A stretch of DNA of 64,000 nt from Marmoricola sp. (GCA_051961835.1 JBQCCW010000287.1:522-64521), one strand, 5' to 3'; numbered from the stretch's first letter, positions 38,804 to 48,674 are shown. Notes: generated from the letters alone by a model not told the origin. Program-made: numbers and translations.

Positions 38804-39573
38804 TGGACCTCGCGGGACTGGGCGGAGTCGGACTCGGCCTCGTCGTCATCATCGGCGCGAACATCATGGAGGGCGGCAGCCCCGCCGCGCTCATCCAGCT
38901 CCCGGCGATGATCCTGGTCTTCGGCACGACGCTGCTCGTCTCGATGGCGGGCGGCACGCTCAACGACGTCAAGCTGTCCGTGGCGGCGGCCAAGAAGGCC
39001 CTGCTCAACCCGGTGCCGAGCGCGGCCGACGTGGTGCCGGCCGTCGTCGGGCTCGCCGAGCGCGCCCGCCGCGAGGGCCTGCTGGCCCTCGAGGACAGCC
39101 TCCGAGAGATCGAGGACCCCTTCCTCGTCAAGGGCGTCCCGCTGGCCGTCGACGGCACCGACCCCGAGGAGCTGAGGGAGATCCTCGAGGGCGAGCTGCA
39201 CGCCAAGAAGCAGGAGGACAAGCAGGCCGCCAAGTTCTTCGTCGACGCCGGCGGCTACGCACCGACGATCGGCATCATCGGCACCGTCATGGGCCTGGTG
39301 CACGTCCTGGAGAACCTCGCCCAGCCGACCGAGCTCGGCCACCTCATCGCCGGCGCCTTCATCGCGACCTTGTGGGGCGTCATGTCGGCCAACGTCATCT
39401 GGCTCCCGATCGGCAGCCGGATCAAGCGGATCGGCGAGATCGAGGCGACCCGGATGGAGGTCGCGATCGAGGGGGTGGCGGCGATCCAGGCCGGCTCCAA
39501 CCCGCGCGTGATCGCGCAGAAGCTGCGCGCCCTGCTGCCCGCCGCCACCCAGGCCGAGCTCGAGGCTGCCTGA
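38803..39573 (+). CDS. motA: Flagellar stator protein A
   Basis: ARREGLLALE, APTIGIIGTVMGL and AFIATLWG motifs. Confidence 0.97.
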   Translation: MDLAGLGGVGLGLVVIIGANIMEGGSPAALIQLPAMILVFGTTLLVSMAGGTLNDVKLSVAAAKKALLNPVPSAADVVPAVVGLAERARREGLLALEDSLREIEDPFLVKGVPLAVDGTDPEELREILEGELHAKKQEDKQAAKFFVDAGGYAPTIGIIGTVMGLVHVLENLAQPTELGHLIAGAFIATLWGVMSANVIWLPIGSRIKRIGEIEATRMEVAIEGVAAIQAGSNPRVIAQKLRALLPAATQAELEAA

Positions 39574-39574
39574 C

Positions 39575-40459
39575 ATGGCCAGGCGGCGGCGCCGCGAGGA
39601 GCACGAGGAGCACATCAGCCACGAGCGCTGGCTGATCACCTACGCCGACATGATCACGCTGCTGATGGTGCTGTTCATCGTCATGTTCGCGATGAGCCAG
39701 GTCGACCAGAAGAAGTTCAACGAGCTCAAGGAGGGGCTCACCGCCGGCTTCGGCGGCGACAGCCCGGCCGTCCTGCAGAACTCCAGCTCGATCCTGCCCG
39801 ACTCCGGCGACGCCACCGTCCAGTCGATCGTGCCCTCCACCCAGCAGGCCGTGATGACGCCGCAGCAACAGGAGCAGGTCGTGCAGGCGGTCGCGAAGCA
39901 GGACCGCCAGCAGCAGCAGCGGCAGTACGCCGAGGCGCAGTCCGAGGCCGACCGACTCGCGCAGGTCCTCAAGCGCCTCGAGGCAGCGCTGCGCAAGCAC
40001 CACCTGCAAGACGACGTCCGCGCCGCGATCAACGACCGCGGCCTGGTGGTGAGCCTCGTCTCCCGCCACGTCGTCTTCGACTACGACGTCGCCACGCTGA
40101 CCACACGCGGACAGCGGGTGATCGACACGCTGGCGCCGGTGCTCCGCGACATCCCCGACCCGCTCGAGATCGACGGCCACACCAACCAGGAGAAGGTGAA
40201 GCCGAAGTACTACCCCACCGACTGGGAGCTGTCGGCCGCCCGCGCGGCCACCGTGCTGCGCCGCCTCAACGAGGTCGACGGCGTACCCGACCGCCGGCTC
40301 ACCCTCGCGGCCTTCGGCCACGAGCGGCCACTCGTGCCGCCGTCGCGACCGGATGCCGCCGCCCTCAACAAGCGTGTGGACATCGTCGTGCTGACCCGCC
40401 TGCCCGAGGAGACCCGGGCGCTCCTCGACAACGTCACTCCCGGAAAGGCCTCACGATGA
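39575..40459 (+). CDS. motB: Flagellar stator protein B
   Basis: WLITYADMITLL, GHT, WELSAARA and NKRVDI motifs. Confidence 0.97.
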   Translation: MARRRRREEHEEHISHERWLITYADMITLLMVLFIVMFAMSQVDQKKFNELKEGLTAGFGGDSPAVLQNSSSILPDSGDATVQSIVPSTQQAVMTPQQQEQVVQAVAKQDRQQQQRQYAEAQSEADRLAQVLKRLEAALRKHHLQDDVRAAINDRGLVVSLVSRHVVFDYDVATLTTRGQRVIDTLAPVLRDIPDPLEIDGHTNQEKVKPKYYPTDWELSAARAATVLRRLNEVDGVPDRRLTLAAFGHERPLVPPSRPDAAALNKRVDIVVLTRLPEETRALLDNVTPGKASR

Positions 40460-40935
40460 CCGTCACCGCGATCGCTCCCTCCGCCGACCCGACGCCGGCC
40501 CCCGGCAAAGGCAAGGGCAAGGCCGCCAACGGCGCCGACCCCGAGACGAAGGGCGGCAAGAAGAAGCTGCTGCTCATCGTCGTCGCGCTCGTGCTCGTCG
40601 CCGGAGCGGCGTACTGGTTCGTCCTCAAGCCCAAGCCGGCGAGCTCCGCACCCGTGCCCGGCGTGGTCGTCCCGCTGGACTCCATCCAGGTGAACCTCGC
40701 CGGCGGCCATTACCTCAAGGTCGGCATCGCCCTGCAGCTCGTCGCCGGGGTGAAGCAGGAGGACGGCAGCAAGGCGCTCGACGCGCTGATCGAGGAGTTC
40801 AGCGGGCTCCCGATGAGCCAGCTGGTGCAGCCGGTGCAGCGGGAGAAGCTCAAGGCCGACCTCACGAAGACCCTCTCCAGGGCGTACGACGGCGACGTGA
40901 TGGGGGTGTACTTCACCGACTTCGTCACCCAGTGA
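40456..40935 (+). CDS. fliL: Flagellar basal body-associated protein
   Basis: KKK-TM, VNLA..HYLK and VYFTDFVTQ motifs. Confidence 0.93.
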   Translation: MTVTAIAPSADPTPAPGKGKGKAANGADPETKGGKKKLLLIVVALVLVAGAAYWFVLKPKPASSAPVPGVVVPLDSIQVNLAGGHYLKVGIALQLVAGVKQEDGSKALDALIEEFSGLPMSQLVQPVQREKLKADLTKTLSRAYDGDVMGVYFTDFVTQ

Positions 40936-41001
40936 CACCCCACCCGACGCTCCGGCCTAGACCGGCGCGCCGCGGCGGCCGACCCGACCGCGGCCAATCG
41001 A

Positions 41002-41027
41002 CTCAGGTCGGCGACAGGTACGCCGAT
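41002..41027 (+). promoter_or_regulatory. Sigma28-type promoter for fliM, possibly leaderless
   Basis: CTCA-N16-GCCGAT ending 9 nt before an in-frame GTG at 41037. Confidence 0.75.
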
Positions 41028-41036
41028 CACCCAGCC

Positions 41037-42002
41037 GTGACGAGTGCGGCGACCACGCTCACCGGTCCGGGACACCCCGGCTCGGTCACGGGACGGTCCC
41101 GGAAGCGCGGACGGTCCGCGGAGGCCGTGAGCTACGACTTCCGCCGCCCGATCCAGCTGTCCCGCGAGCACTCGCGGATGCTCCAGCTCGCGTTCGACGG
41201 CTTCGCCCGCCAGGCCACCACGGTGCTCACGAGCATGCTCCGCACGGTGTGTCAGGTGCAGCTGATGTCGGTCGACCAGCGCAGCTACAGCGAGTACGTC
41301 GACAGCCTGCTGGCTCCGACGTACATGACGATCTTCTCCGCCGAGCCGATGCCCGGTCGTGGCGTCCTCGAGCTGCCCCTGCAGGCGACGATGTCGTGCA
41401 TCGACCACGTCCTGGGCGGCCCCGGCTCGGGGCAGCAGCCCGTGCGTGCCCTCAGCGACATCGAGTCGGCGGTGGTCAGCGGGCTCGTCGAGCGCCTGCT
41501 CGCCGAGATGCGGTACTCCCTGGGCGGCATCGTCGCCCTGGAGCCGACGATGACCGGCACCGAGTACAGCCCCCAGTTCGCCCAGGTGGCCGGCGCGGCC
41601 GACGTCATGGTCGTCGCCACCCTGGACGTCCGGATCAACGACCGGCCGTTCTCGATGACGGTCTGCCTGCCCTTCACCGGCCTCCAGCCGCACCTGGTCG
41701 CCGCGGCCGCGCCGGCTCCGGTGTCGGACCGTGAGCGCGCCCAGCGGGCCGTTGCCGCGGAGCTCCTGCAGCGCCAGTTCGACCAGGTGCCGCTGGAGGT
41801 CTCCGTGCGGTTGCGTTCCACGACGCTGTCCCCCGCCGACCTGCGCGACCTGCGGCCCGGCGACGTGGTCCGCCTCGCGCACCCCGCGTCCGCGCCACTC
41901 GACGTGACCGTCGAGGACATGACCTTCGCCCATGCCACCCACGGCGTCCAGGGCCAGCGCCTGGCCGCGCTCATCGTGGGTGCTCCCAAGGAGAACGCAT
42001 GA
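41037..42002 (+). CDS. fliM: Flagellar motor switch protein (start approximate)
   Basis: YDFRRP, LGGPG, R.LSDIE motifs and C-terminal SpoA domain. Confidence 0.93.
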   Translation: MTSAATTLTGPGHPGSVTGRSRKRGRSAEAVSYDFRRPIQLSREHSRMLQLAFDGFARQATTVLTSMLRTVCQVQLMSVDQRSYSEYVDSLLAPTYMTIFSAEPMPGRGVLELPLQATMSCIDHVLGGPGSGQQPVRALSDIESAVVSGLVERLLAEMRYSLGGIVALEPTMTGTEYSPQFAQVAGAADVMVVATLDVRINDRPFSMTVCLPFTGLQPHLVAAAAPAPVSDRERAQRAVAAELLQRQFDQVPLEVSVRLRSTTLSPADLRDLRPGDVVRLAHPASAPLDVTVEDMTFAHATHGVQGQRLAALIVGAPKENA

Positions 42003-42835
42003 CCAGCACCGCTCCCGAGATGCCCGCGACCGACGCGACGACGACCGAGCCGTACGCCGTGCGCGCCGCCCAGGCCGTCGCCGCCGTCCTGCCCTCCGTG
42101 CAGCCCCTCACCGCCGCCGGCGTCCAGGCCGGCTCCGCCCAGGTGACCTCGGCGTTCGCGGGCGCGGTGCTCACCACCCTCGACGGCCCGGTCGCCGGCC
42201 CCGTCGGTCTCCTCGTGGCCGCCGACCTCGTCGAGGCGCTCGCCGCCAGCCCGATCGAGGGGCTCGATCTCGCTGCCGCGACGCAGCCGGCGCTGGACGC
42301 CGCGGCCGCCGCGCTCGGCGGCTCCGCCCAGGCGGCCCGCACGGTCGATCTCGGCTTGGTCGTCGCGGACCTCGGCGGCGCGTTCTGCGTCGTCCCGCTC
42401 GTCGGTGCGGGGATCGCTGCGGCGGTGCTGCTGCCTGAGTCCACCCTCGCCTCCGCGCGTGCCGCCGACCAGGTGGGTATCGCCGCGGCCGCAGCCGCCG
42501 CGCCGACCCAGGTCGTCTCTGGAAGCGCCGGCACGATGCCGGTCGCGTCGGCCCCGCCGGTCGCCTCGCCCGTGGCCGCCACTCCCCAGCGGGGCATCGA
42601 GATGCTGCACGGGGTCGTCATGGACGTCACCGTCGAGATCGGGCGCACCCGGATGACCGTCCGGGACCTGCTCGCGCTCGCCCCGGGCACCGTGCTCGAG
42701 CTCGACCGGGCCGCCGGGAGCCCGGCGGACCTGCTCGTCAACGGCCGGCTCGTCGCCCGTGGCGAGGTCGTCGTGGTCGACGAGGACTTCGGCCTCCGCG
42801 TCACCGAGATCGTCGACGACTCCGCCGGCGCCTGA
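41999..42835 (+). CDS. fliN: Flagellar motor switch protein with N-terminal extension
   Basis: VTVEIGRT..LELDR.AG.P..GEVVVVDEDFGLRVTEI. Confidence 0.93.
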   Translation: MTSTAPEMPATDATTTEPYAVRAAQAVAAVLPSVQPLTAAGVQAGSAQVTSAFAGAVLTTLDGPVAGPVGLLVAADLVEALAASPIEGLDLAAATQPALDAAAAALGGSAQAARTVDLGLVVADLGGAFCVVPLVGAGIAAAVLLPESTLASARAADQVGIAAAAAAAPTQVVSGSAGTMPVASAPPVASPVAATPQRGIEMLHGVVMDVTVEIGRTRMTVRDLLALAPGTVLELDRAAGSPADLLVNGRLVARGEVVVVDEDFGLRVTEIVDDSAGA

Positions 42836-42843
42836 GCCCACCG

Positions 42844-43323
42844 ATGCTCCAGACGACTCTGCGGCTGATCGCCTCCCTCGCCGTCGTGGTGGGGCTGATG
42901 ATCCTGCTCGCCCGCGTGGCGAGCCGCCGGATGCGCGGTGGCCACGGCTCCCTCGTCAGGGTGCTCCACCGGCAGCCGCTCACCCGCGGGTCGGGTGTCG
43001 CCGTCGTCGAGGTGGGCGGCCGGATGCTCGTCCTGGGCACCACCGAGCAGCAGGTCAGCCTGCTCACCGAGCTCGACCCCTTCGAGGTCATGCTCCACGA
43101 TGAGTCGAGTGGGGAAACCGTCGCCCTGGCGACGGCTTCCGCACTCCACCCCTTCGCCGCGGACGGCACGGACGTCGCCGCGGTCAGCTCTCCCTCCCGC
43201 GCGTGTGGCGGCAGCCACCGCGCCGCTCGCCCGGTCGCGCAAGGAAGCGCGCTGAGCGGCTCGATCCTGGCGCCCGCCACCTGGCGCCAGGCCGTTGCCG
43301 CCATGACCGGGCGTGCCTCGTGA
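42844..43323 (+). CDS. fliO: Flagellar biosynthesis protein
   Basis: N-terminal TM, VVEVGGRMLVLGTT..VSLL; between fliN and fliP. Confidence 0.88.
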   Translation: MLQTTLRLIASLAVVVGLMILLARVASRRMRGGHGSLVRVLHRQPLTRGSGVAVVEVGGRMLVLGTTEQQVSLLTELDPFEVMLHDESSGETVALATASALHPFAADGTDVAAVSSPSRACGGSHRAARPVAQGSALSGSILAPATWRQAVAAMTGRAS

Positions 43324-44276
43324 GAGCCGGCCACCAGCGCACCCCTGCCCCGCTTCACCGGCTGCTCGCCTGCGCCGGCGTCCTCCTGGTCGGCCTCCTC
43401 GCCTCGGTGCTCCTCGGCGTCGGCGCCGCGCAGGCGGCTCCCGGCGATCCGGTCACGCCGGCCGATCCCGCTGCGACGATGCCGGCCCCGGTCCCGTCCG
43501 TCGCGCCGGTGCCCGACGGCACCACGCTGACCCAGCCCACCAGCCCCACCGGTCCGCGCGGCCCGAAGGGACCGACCGGACCCAGCGGCGGCGTGGGCGA
43601 CCCCAGCGGCACCGTGAACGTCGACATCGGAGGGCTCACCGACAAGCCGAGCACCTCGGTCACGGTGATCATCGCCCTCACGCTGCTCTCCCTCGCGCCG
43701 GCGATCCTGCTGACCTGCACCAGCTTCACGAAGATCCTCGTCGTGCTCGGGCTGACCCGTAACGCCCTGGGCCTGCAGCAGACGCCGCCCAACCAGGTGC
43801 TCGCAGGCCTCGCCCTCTTCCTGAGCCTGTTCGTGATGGCGCCGGTGCTGTCGGCGATCAACTCCCAGGGGGTGCAGCCCTACCTGCACGGCACGAAGAC
43901 CAGCGCGGCGGCCTGGCACGACGGCATCGAGCCGTTGCGGGGCTTCATGCTCAAGCAGACCGACGCCAAGGAGATCCAGCTCCTCACCGACGTCGCGCAC
44001 CGCGAGCAGCCGGCGGCGCCGTCCGCCGTACCGCTGTCGACGTTGGTGCCGGCGTTCATCCTCAGCGAGCTCAAGCAGGCCTTCATCATCGGCTTCATCG
44101 TCTTCATCCCGTTCCTCGTCATCGACATCGTCGTGAGCGGGGCGCTGATGGCGCTGGGCATGATGATGATGCCGCCGGTGATGGTCTCCCTGCCGTTCAA
44201 GCTGTTGCTGTTCGTGATGGTCGACGGCTGGGGACTGGTCATCAAGTCCCTCGTCGCGAGCTACGGAGGCGGCTGA
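43320..44276 (+). CDS. fliP: Flagellar export gate protein (start approximate)
   Basis: TSFTKI, QTPPNQVL, PAFILSEL and LGMMMMPP.MVSLPFK motifs. Confidence 0.96.
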   Translation: MRAGHQRTPAPLHRLLACAGVLLVGLLASVLLGVGAAQAAPGDPVTPADPAATMPAPVPSVAPVPDGTTLTQPTSPTGPRGPKGPTGPSGGVGDPSGTVNVDIGGLTDKPSTSVTVIIALTLLSLAPAILLTCTSFTKILVVLGLTRNALGLQQTPPNQVLAGLALFLSLFVMAPVLSAINSQGVQPYLHGTKTSAAAWHDGIEPLRGFMLKQTDAKEIQLLTDVAHREQPAAPSAVPLSTLVPAFILSELKQAFIIGFIVFIPFLVIDIVVSGALMALGMMMMPPVMVSLPFKLLLFVMVDGWGLVIKSLVASYGGG

Positions 44277-44277
44277 G

Positions 44278-44547
44278 ATGACCGACACCGCGATCATCCA
44301 CATCGCGCTCCAGACGATGCTGGTCGCCCTCAAGCTGTGCGCGCCGATCCTGGTGACCTCGCTGGTCATCGGCTTCACGATCTCGCTGTTTCAGTCGATG
44401 ACGCAGATCCAGGAGTTCACCCTGGCGTTCGTGCCGAAGCTCGTCGGCGTCGGCATCGCGTTGCTGCTGTCGGGCAACTGGATGCTGCACACGCTGATCT
44501 CGTTCACCCAGCAGCTGTTCGACCAGATCCCGGGCCTGCTCAAGTGA
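44278..44547 (+). CDS. fliQ: Flagellar export gate protein
   Basis: SLFQSMTQIQEFTLAFVPK motif. Confidence 0.96.
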   Translation: MTDTAIIHIALQTMLVALKLCAPILVTSLVIGFTISLFQSMTQIQEFTLAFVPKLVGVGIALLLSGNWMLHTLISFTQQLFDQIPGLLK

Positions 44548-45305
44548 CCCTGACCGTCGCCGGCGTCCCGCTGGTCGGGTACCTCCTGGCCTCGATCCGG
44601 ATCATCACCTGGATCGCTATCGTGCCCCCGTTCTCCTCGCGCTCCGTCCCGGCGATGGTGAAGGTCGTGCTCAGCCTGGGCCTGGCCTTCGCCGCGGTGC
44701 CGGACGTCAGCGCCGTCGCCCTGGACACCTGGAGCCTGCTCGCGGCCGTGGTGACCCAGGTCGCGCTGGGCGCCGCGATGGGCTTCGTGACCTTCCTGCT
44801 GTTCTCTGCGATCGGCGCCGCCGGCTCACTGATCGACACCTTCGGCGGCTTCTCTCTCGCCCAGGGCTTCGACCCGCTGGGGCTCAACAGCAACACGGTG
44901 TTCGGCACCTTCCACCAAATGATCGCGGCCGTCCTGCTCTTCGCCACGGGCGGGCACATGCTGGTGATCGGCGGCCTGCTGCGCACCTTCGACCTGGTCC
45001 CGATCGGCACCACCCCCGAACTGCACGGCGGCCCGAGCGTGCTCACGACCGCCTTCACCCTGTTCTTCGTCACCGCGGTGCAGATCGCGCTGCCGATGAT
45101 CGCGGTCCTGTTCGTCGCCGACCTCGGGCTGGCGCTGCTCACCAAGGTGGCGCCGCAGCTGAACGCCATCAACGTGATGTTCCCGGCGAAGATCGGCCTC
45201 ACCCTGCTGCTGCTCGGCCTGTCGCTGCCGGTGCTGCCCACGGCCATGGGCCGCCTGGTGGACCTGTCGGCTCGGGCGATGGCGGCGATCGCGGGGGTGG
45301 GCTGA
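44544..45305 (+). CDS. fliR: Flagellar export gate protein
   Basis: PPFSS..VPAMVK, AGSLID..GF and KVAPQLN motifs; GTGA overlap with fliQ. Confidence 0.94.
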   Translation: MTLTVAGVPLVGYLLASIRIITWIAIVPPFSSRSVPAMVKVVLSLGLAFAAVPDVSAVALDTWSLLAAVVTQVALGAAMGFVTFLLFSAIGAAGSLIDTFGGFSLAQGFDPLGLNSNTVFGTFHQMIAAVLLFATGGHMLVIGGLLRTFDLVPIGTTPELHGGPSVLTTAFTLFFVTAVQIALPMIAVLFVADLGLALLTKVAPQLNAINVMFPAKIGLTLLLLGLSLPVLPTAMGRLVDLSARAMAAIAGVG

Positions 45306-45306
45306 C

Positions 45307-46464
45307 ATGGCGGCCTCGAGCGGCGAGAAGACCGAGAAGCCCACTCCCAAGCGTCGCAAGGAGTCGCGCAAGGAGGGCCAGGTCGCGCGGACGCAGGAGC
45401 TGGGCGGCTGGCTCACCGTCCTGGCGGTCGGTACGGCGGCGCCGGTGCTGGTCTCCCGCGAGCTCGATCGGATGCGGGAGCTGCTCACGACCAGCATGAG
45501 GACCGTGCAGCACGCCGACGCCAGCACCGACCTCGTGCTGCTCGGCGCCGGCCTGCGGCACGTGTTCACGGTGCTGGTCGTCCTGGGCGCGGGCGTGATG
45601 GCCCTCGGCGTCGCCTCCTCGCTCGCGCAGGGCGGGTTCTTCCTCGCGACCAAGTCGGTCAAGCCCAAGCTCTCCAAGCTCAACCCGATCCAGGGCGCGA
45701 AGCGGGTCTTCGGCCCGCACGCGCTGTGGGAGGGCGCGAAGATGCTGATCAAGAGCGCCCTCGTGGCCCTGCTCGCCTGGAGCGCGATCAAGGCGATGAT
45801 GCCGCTGACCGGCTCGATGCTCCCGATCCCCTCGCTGCTCCACGAGGCGGCGGACCACGTCCTCGCCCTGATCCGCAACGTGGCGCTCGCCGGCCTGGTG
45901 ATGGCGGCCGCCGACTACGCGATGGCGCGTCGGCGGATCGGCAAGCAGACCCGGATGACCAAGGACGAGGTCAAGCAGGAGCACAAGCAGGCCGAGGGCG
46001 ACCCGCTGGTCAAGAGCGCCATCCGGTCCCGGCAGCTGGCCGCCGCGCGCAACCGGATGATGGCCGACGTGCCGAGCGCCGACGTCGTCCTCGTGAACCC
46101 CACGCACGTGGCGATCGCCCTGCGCTACGACGCCGAGAAGGGCGCGCCGCGCGTCGTGGCGCGCGGCGCCGGCGCGGTCGCGGCCCGGATCCGCGAGATC
46201 GCCGCGGAGTCACGCGTCCCCCTCGTCCGCGACGTGCCGCTGGCGCGGGCGCTCTACACCTCCACCGACGTCGGGCACGAGATCCCGGTCGAGCTGTTCG
46301 CCGCGGTCGCCCAGGTCCTCGCGTTCGTCATCCGGCAGCGCAGCCTGGGCCAGTACGGCGGGCAGCACCGGAGCCCGCGGACGGAGACCGACGTCCCGGG
46401 CACCACCCCGCGGGGACGCCGCCGCCGCGCGAACTCCTCAGGAGCGCTCGTTGCCGGCCGATGA
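45307..46464 (+). CDS. flhB: Flagellar export switch protein
   Basis: EKTEKPT, EHKQAEGDP and NPTH autocleavage motif. Confidence 0.97.
   Translation: MAASSGEKTEKPTPKRRKESRKEGQVARTQELGGWLTVLAVGTAAPVLVSRELDRMRELLTTSMRTVQHADASTDLVLLGAGLRHVFTVLVVLGAGVMALGVASSLAQGGFFLATKSVKPKLSKLNPIQGAKRVFGPHALWEGAKMLIKSALVALLAWSAIKAMMPLTGSMLPIPSLLHEAADHVLALIRNVALAGLVMAAADYAMARRRIGKQTRMTKDEVKQEHKQAEGDPLVKSAIRSRQLAAARNRMMADVPSADVVLVNPTHVAIALRYDAEKGAPRVVARGAGAVAARIREIAAESRVPLVRDVPLARALYTSTDVGHEIPVELFAAVAQVLAFVIRQRSLGQYGGQHRSPRTETDVPGTTPRGRRRRANSSGALVAGR
46437..46462 (+). promoter_or_regulatory. Sigma28-type promoter for flhA, inside the flhB 3' end
   Basis: CTCA-N16-GCCGAT. Confidence 0.75.
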
Positions 46465-46557
46465 CGTCGGCGGAGATCCGCGCCAGGACGGCCCGGTCCA
46501 CGCGCCAGGGACGGCGCCGCCCGACGCACTCGACACCGTGCCGAGGAGGACGAGTCC

Positions 46558-48627
46558 ATGCCGCTGAGGCGGATGTCGCAGCTCACCGTCCCCGTGGGCA
46601 TCGTGATGATCGTCGTGATGCTGGTCGTGCCGCTGCCCTCGATGCTGCTCGACATGCTGATCGCGCTGAACATCACCGCGGCGCTGTTGATCCTGATGGT
46701 GGCGATGTTCGTGCGCCGCCCGCTGGACTTCGCGTCGTTCCCGGCGGTCCTGCTCGTCATGACGCTGTTCCGGCTGGCGCTCAACGTCAGCGCCACCCGG
46801 CTCGTGCTGCTCGACGGCTTCGCCGGGAAGGTGATCGGCACCTTCGGTCACTTCGTGGTCGGCGGATCGCTGATCGTCGGACTCATCGTCTTCGCGATCC
46901 TGCTCGTCATCCAGTTCGTCGTGATCACCAACGGTGCCGGACGGGTCGCCGAGGTGGGGGCGCGCTTCACCCTGGACGCCATGCCCGGCAAGCAGATGGC
47001 GATCGACGCCGACCTCAACTCGGGCCTGATCGACGAGGACCAGGCACGCCGGCGGCGGGCCGAGGTGCACGCCGAGGCCGACTTCTACGGCGCGATGGAC
47101 GGCGCCTCGAAGTTCGTCAAGGGCGACGCGATCGCGGCGATCATGATCACCCTGGTCAACCTCGTCGGTGGCTTCGCGGTCGGCATCGCCCAGAAGCACA
47201 TGTCCTTCTCCGACGCGGTCAACAACTACAGCCTGCTCTCGGTCGGCGACGGCCTGGTCTCCCAGATCCCGGCCCTGCTGCTCTCGGTGGCGACCGGCCT
47301 GGTGGTGACGCGGGCCGCCGGCGACGCCGACATGGGCTCCGACATCGTCCGCCAGGTCACCGCGAGCCGGATGCCCTTGCGCATCGCCGGTTTTGCGGCG
47401 CTCACGCTGTGCCTCATCCCGGGCCTGCCGAAGATCCCGTTCGTCTTAGCCGGCGGCCTGATGCTCCTGCTCTCCTCGCGCGTGCAGCCCGAGGCGCAGA
47501 CCACGGGCGTTGAGGCCGCTGCGGCGAGCACACTCGCGCTGCCCTCGCCGGACTCCCCGGAGGTGCTCGCCGAGGAGATCCAGGTCGACCCGCTCGGGCT
47601 GGAGCTGGCACCCGACCTCATCGACCTCGTGGACGCCTCCTCGGGTGGGGACCTGCTGGAGCGGGTGAAGGCCCTGCGCCGCAAGGTGGCCTCCGACATC
47701 GGTGTGGTGGTGCCTCCGGTGCGGACCCGGGACAACCTCGCCCTGCCGATGCGCACCTACGCCATCAAGCTCTTCGGCGTCGAGGTGGCGCGCGGAGAGG
47801 CGCCACCGGGCACGGTGCTGGCGATCGGCGACCAGCTCGCCGGGCTGCCCGGCGAGCACACGACGGAGCCGGTGTTCGGCCTGGCGGCGAAGTGGATCCC
47901 GCAGTCCCTGCGCAGCCAGGCCGAGATCGGCGGTGCCACCGTGGTGGACCGCAGCTCGGTGGTCACCACCCACCTCGCCGAGGTCGTCGGCACCCACGCC
48001 GCCCGTCTGCTGGGACGCGAGGACGTGCGGATGCTCACCGACGTGGTGAAGCGCACCCACCCCGTGGTGGTCGAGGAGCTCACCCCGACCGTGCTGAGCC
48101 TCGGCGAGGTGCAGCAGGTCCTCCAGGGCCTGCTCGTGGAGGGCGTGTCGATCCGCGACCTCGTCCGGATCTACGAGGCGCTGTCGCTGCGCGGCCGCGA
48201 CTCCAAGGACCTGGACACCCTCGTCACCGCCGCACGTGCCGCACTGGGGCCGGCGATCGTGGCGCCCTACCTCGCCGACGGGACCGTGCACGTGCTGAGC
48301 CTGGACCCCCACCTGGAGCAGCGGATGCTCGAGTCGATGGTGCCCAGCGAGCACGGCGCGGTGATCGCGCTCGAACCCCACCTCGCGCAGGCGGTCCTCT
48401 CGCAGATCGCTCGGCTGGTCGAGGAGGTCGAGAACCGCAACCTGCGGCCGGTCCTCGCGTGCGCCCCCCAGATCCGGCCCGCGCTACGCCGGATGATCGC
48501 TCCGGTGCTGCGGCGGATGCCGGTGCTGTCCTACTCCGAGCTGACCGGACCGCACCAGATCAACGGCGTCGGCGTGATCACCGCCGAAGGGTCCGGGATG
48601 GCCCTCGTGGGAGCCCCGCCGGCCTGA
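46558..48627 (+). CDS. flhA: Flagellar export apparatus protein
   Basis: RVAEVGARFTLDAMPGKQMAIDADL, FYGAMDGASKFVKGDA and GDGLVSQIPAL motifs. Confidence 0.98.
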   Translation: MPLRRMSQLTVPVGIVMIVVMLVVPLPSMLLDMLIALNITAALLILMVAMFVRRPLDFASFPAVLLVMTLFRLALNVSATRLVLLDGFAGKVIGTFGHFVVGGSLIVGLIVFAILLVIQFVVITNGAGRVAEVGARFTLDAMPGKQMAIDADLNSGLIDEDQARRRRAEVHAEADFYGAMDGASKFVKGDAIAAIMITLVNLVGGFAVGIAQKHMSFSDAVNNYSLLSVGDGLVSQIPALLLSVATGLVVTRAAGDADMGSDIVRQVTASRMPLRIAGFAALTLCLIPGLPKIPFVLAGGLMLLLSSRVQPEAQTTGVEAAAASTLALPSPDSPEVLAEEIQVDPLGLELAPDLIDLVDASSGGDLLERVKALRRKVASDIGVVVPPVRTRDNLALPMRTYAIKLFGVEVARGEAPPGTVLAIGDQLAGLPGEHTTEPVFGLAAKWIPQSLRSQAEIGGATVVDRSSVVTTHLAEVVGTHAARLLGREDVRMLTDVVKRTHPVVVEELTPTVLSLGEVQQVLQGLLVEGVSIRDLVRIYEALSLRGRDSKDLDTLVTAARAALGPAIVAPYLADGTVHVLSLDPHLEQRMLESMVPSEHGAVIALEPHLAQAVLSQIARLVEEVENRNLRPVLACAPQIRPALRRMIAPVLRRMPVLSYSELTGPHQINGVGVITAEGSGMALVGAPPA

Positions 48628-48674
48628 CGCACCGCCCACCACCCGACCCAGTCCTGTGAAAGGAAGGCCGCACC

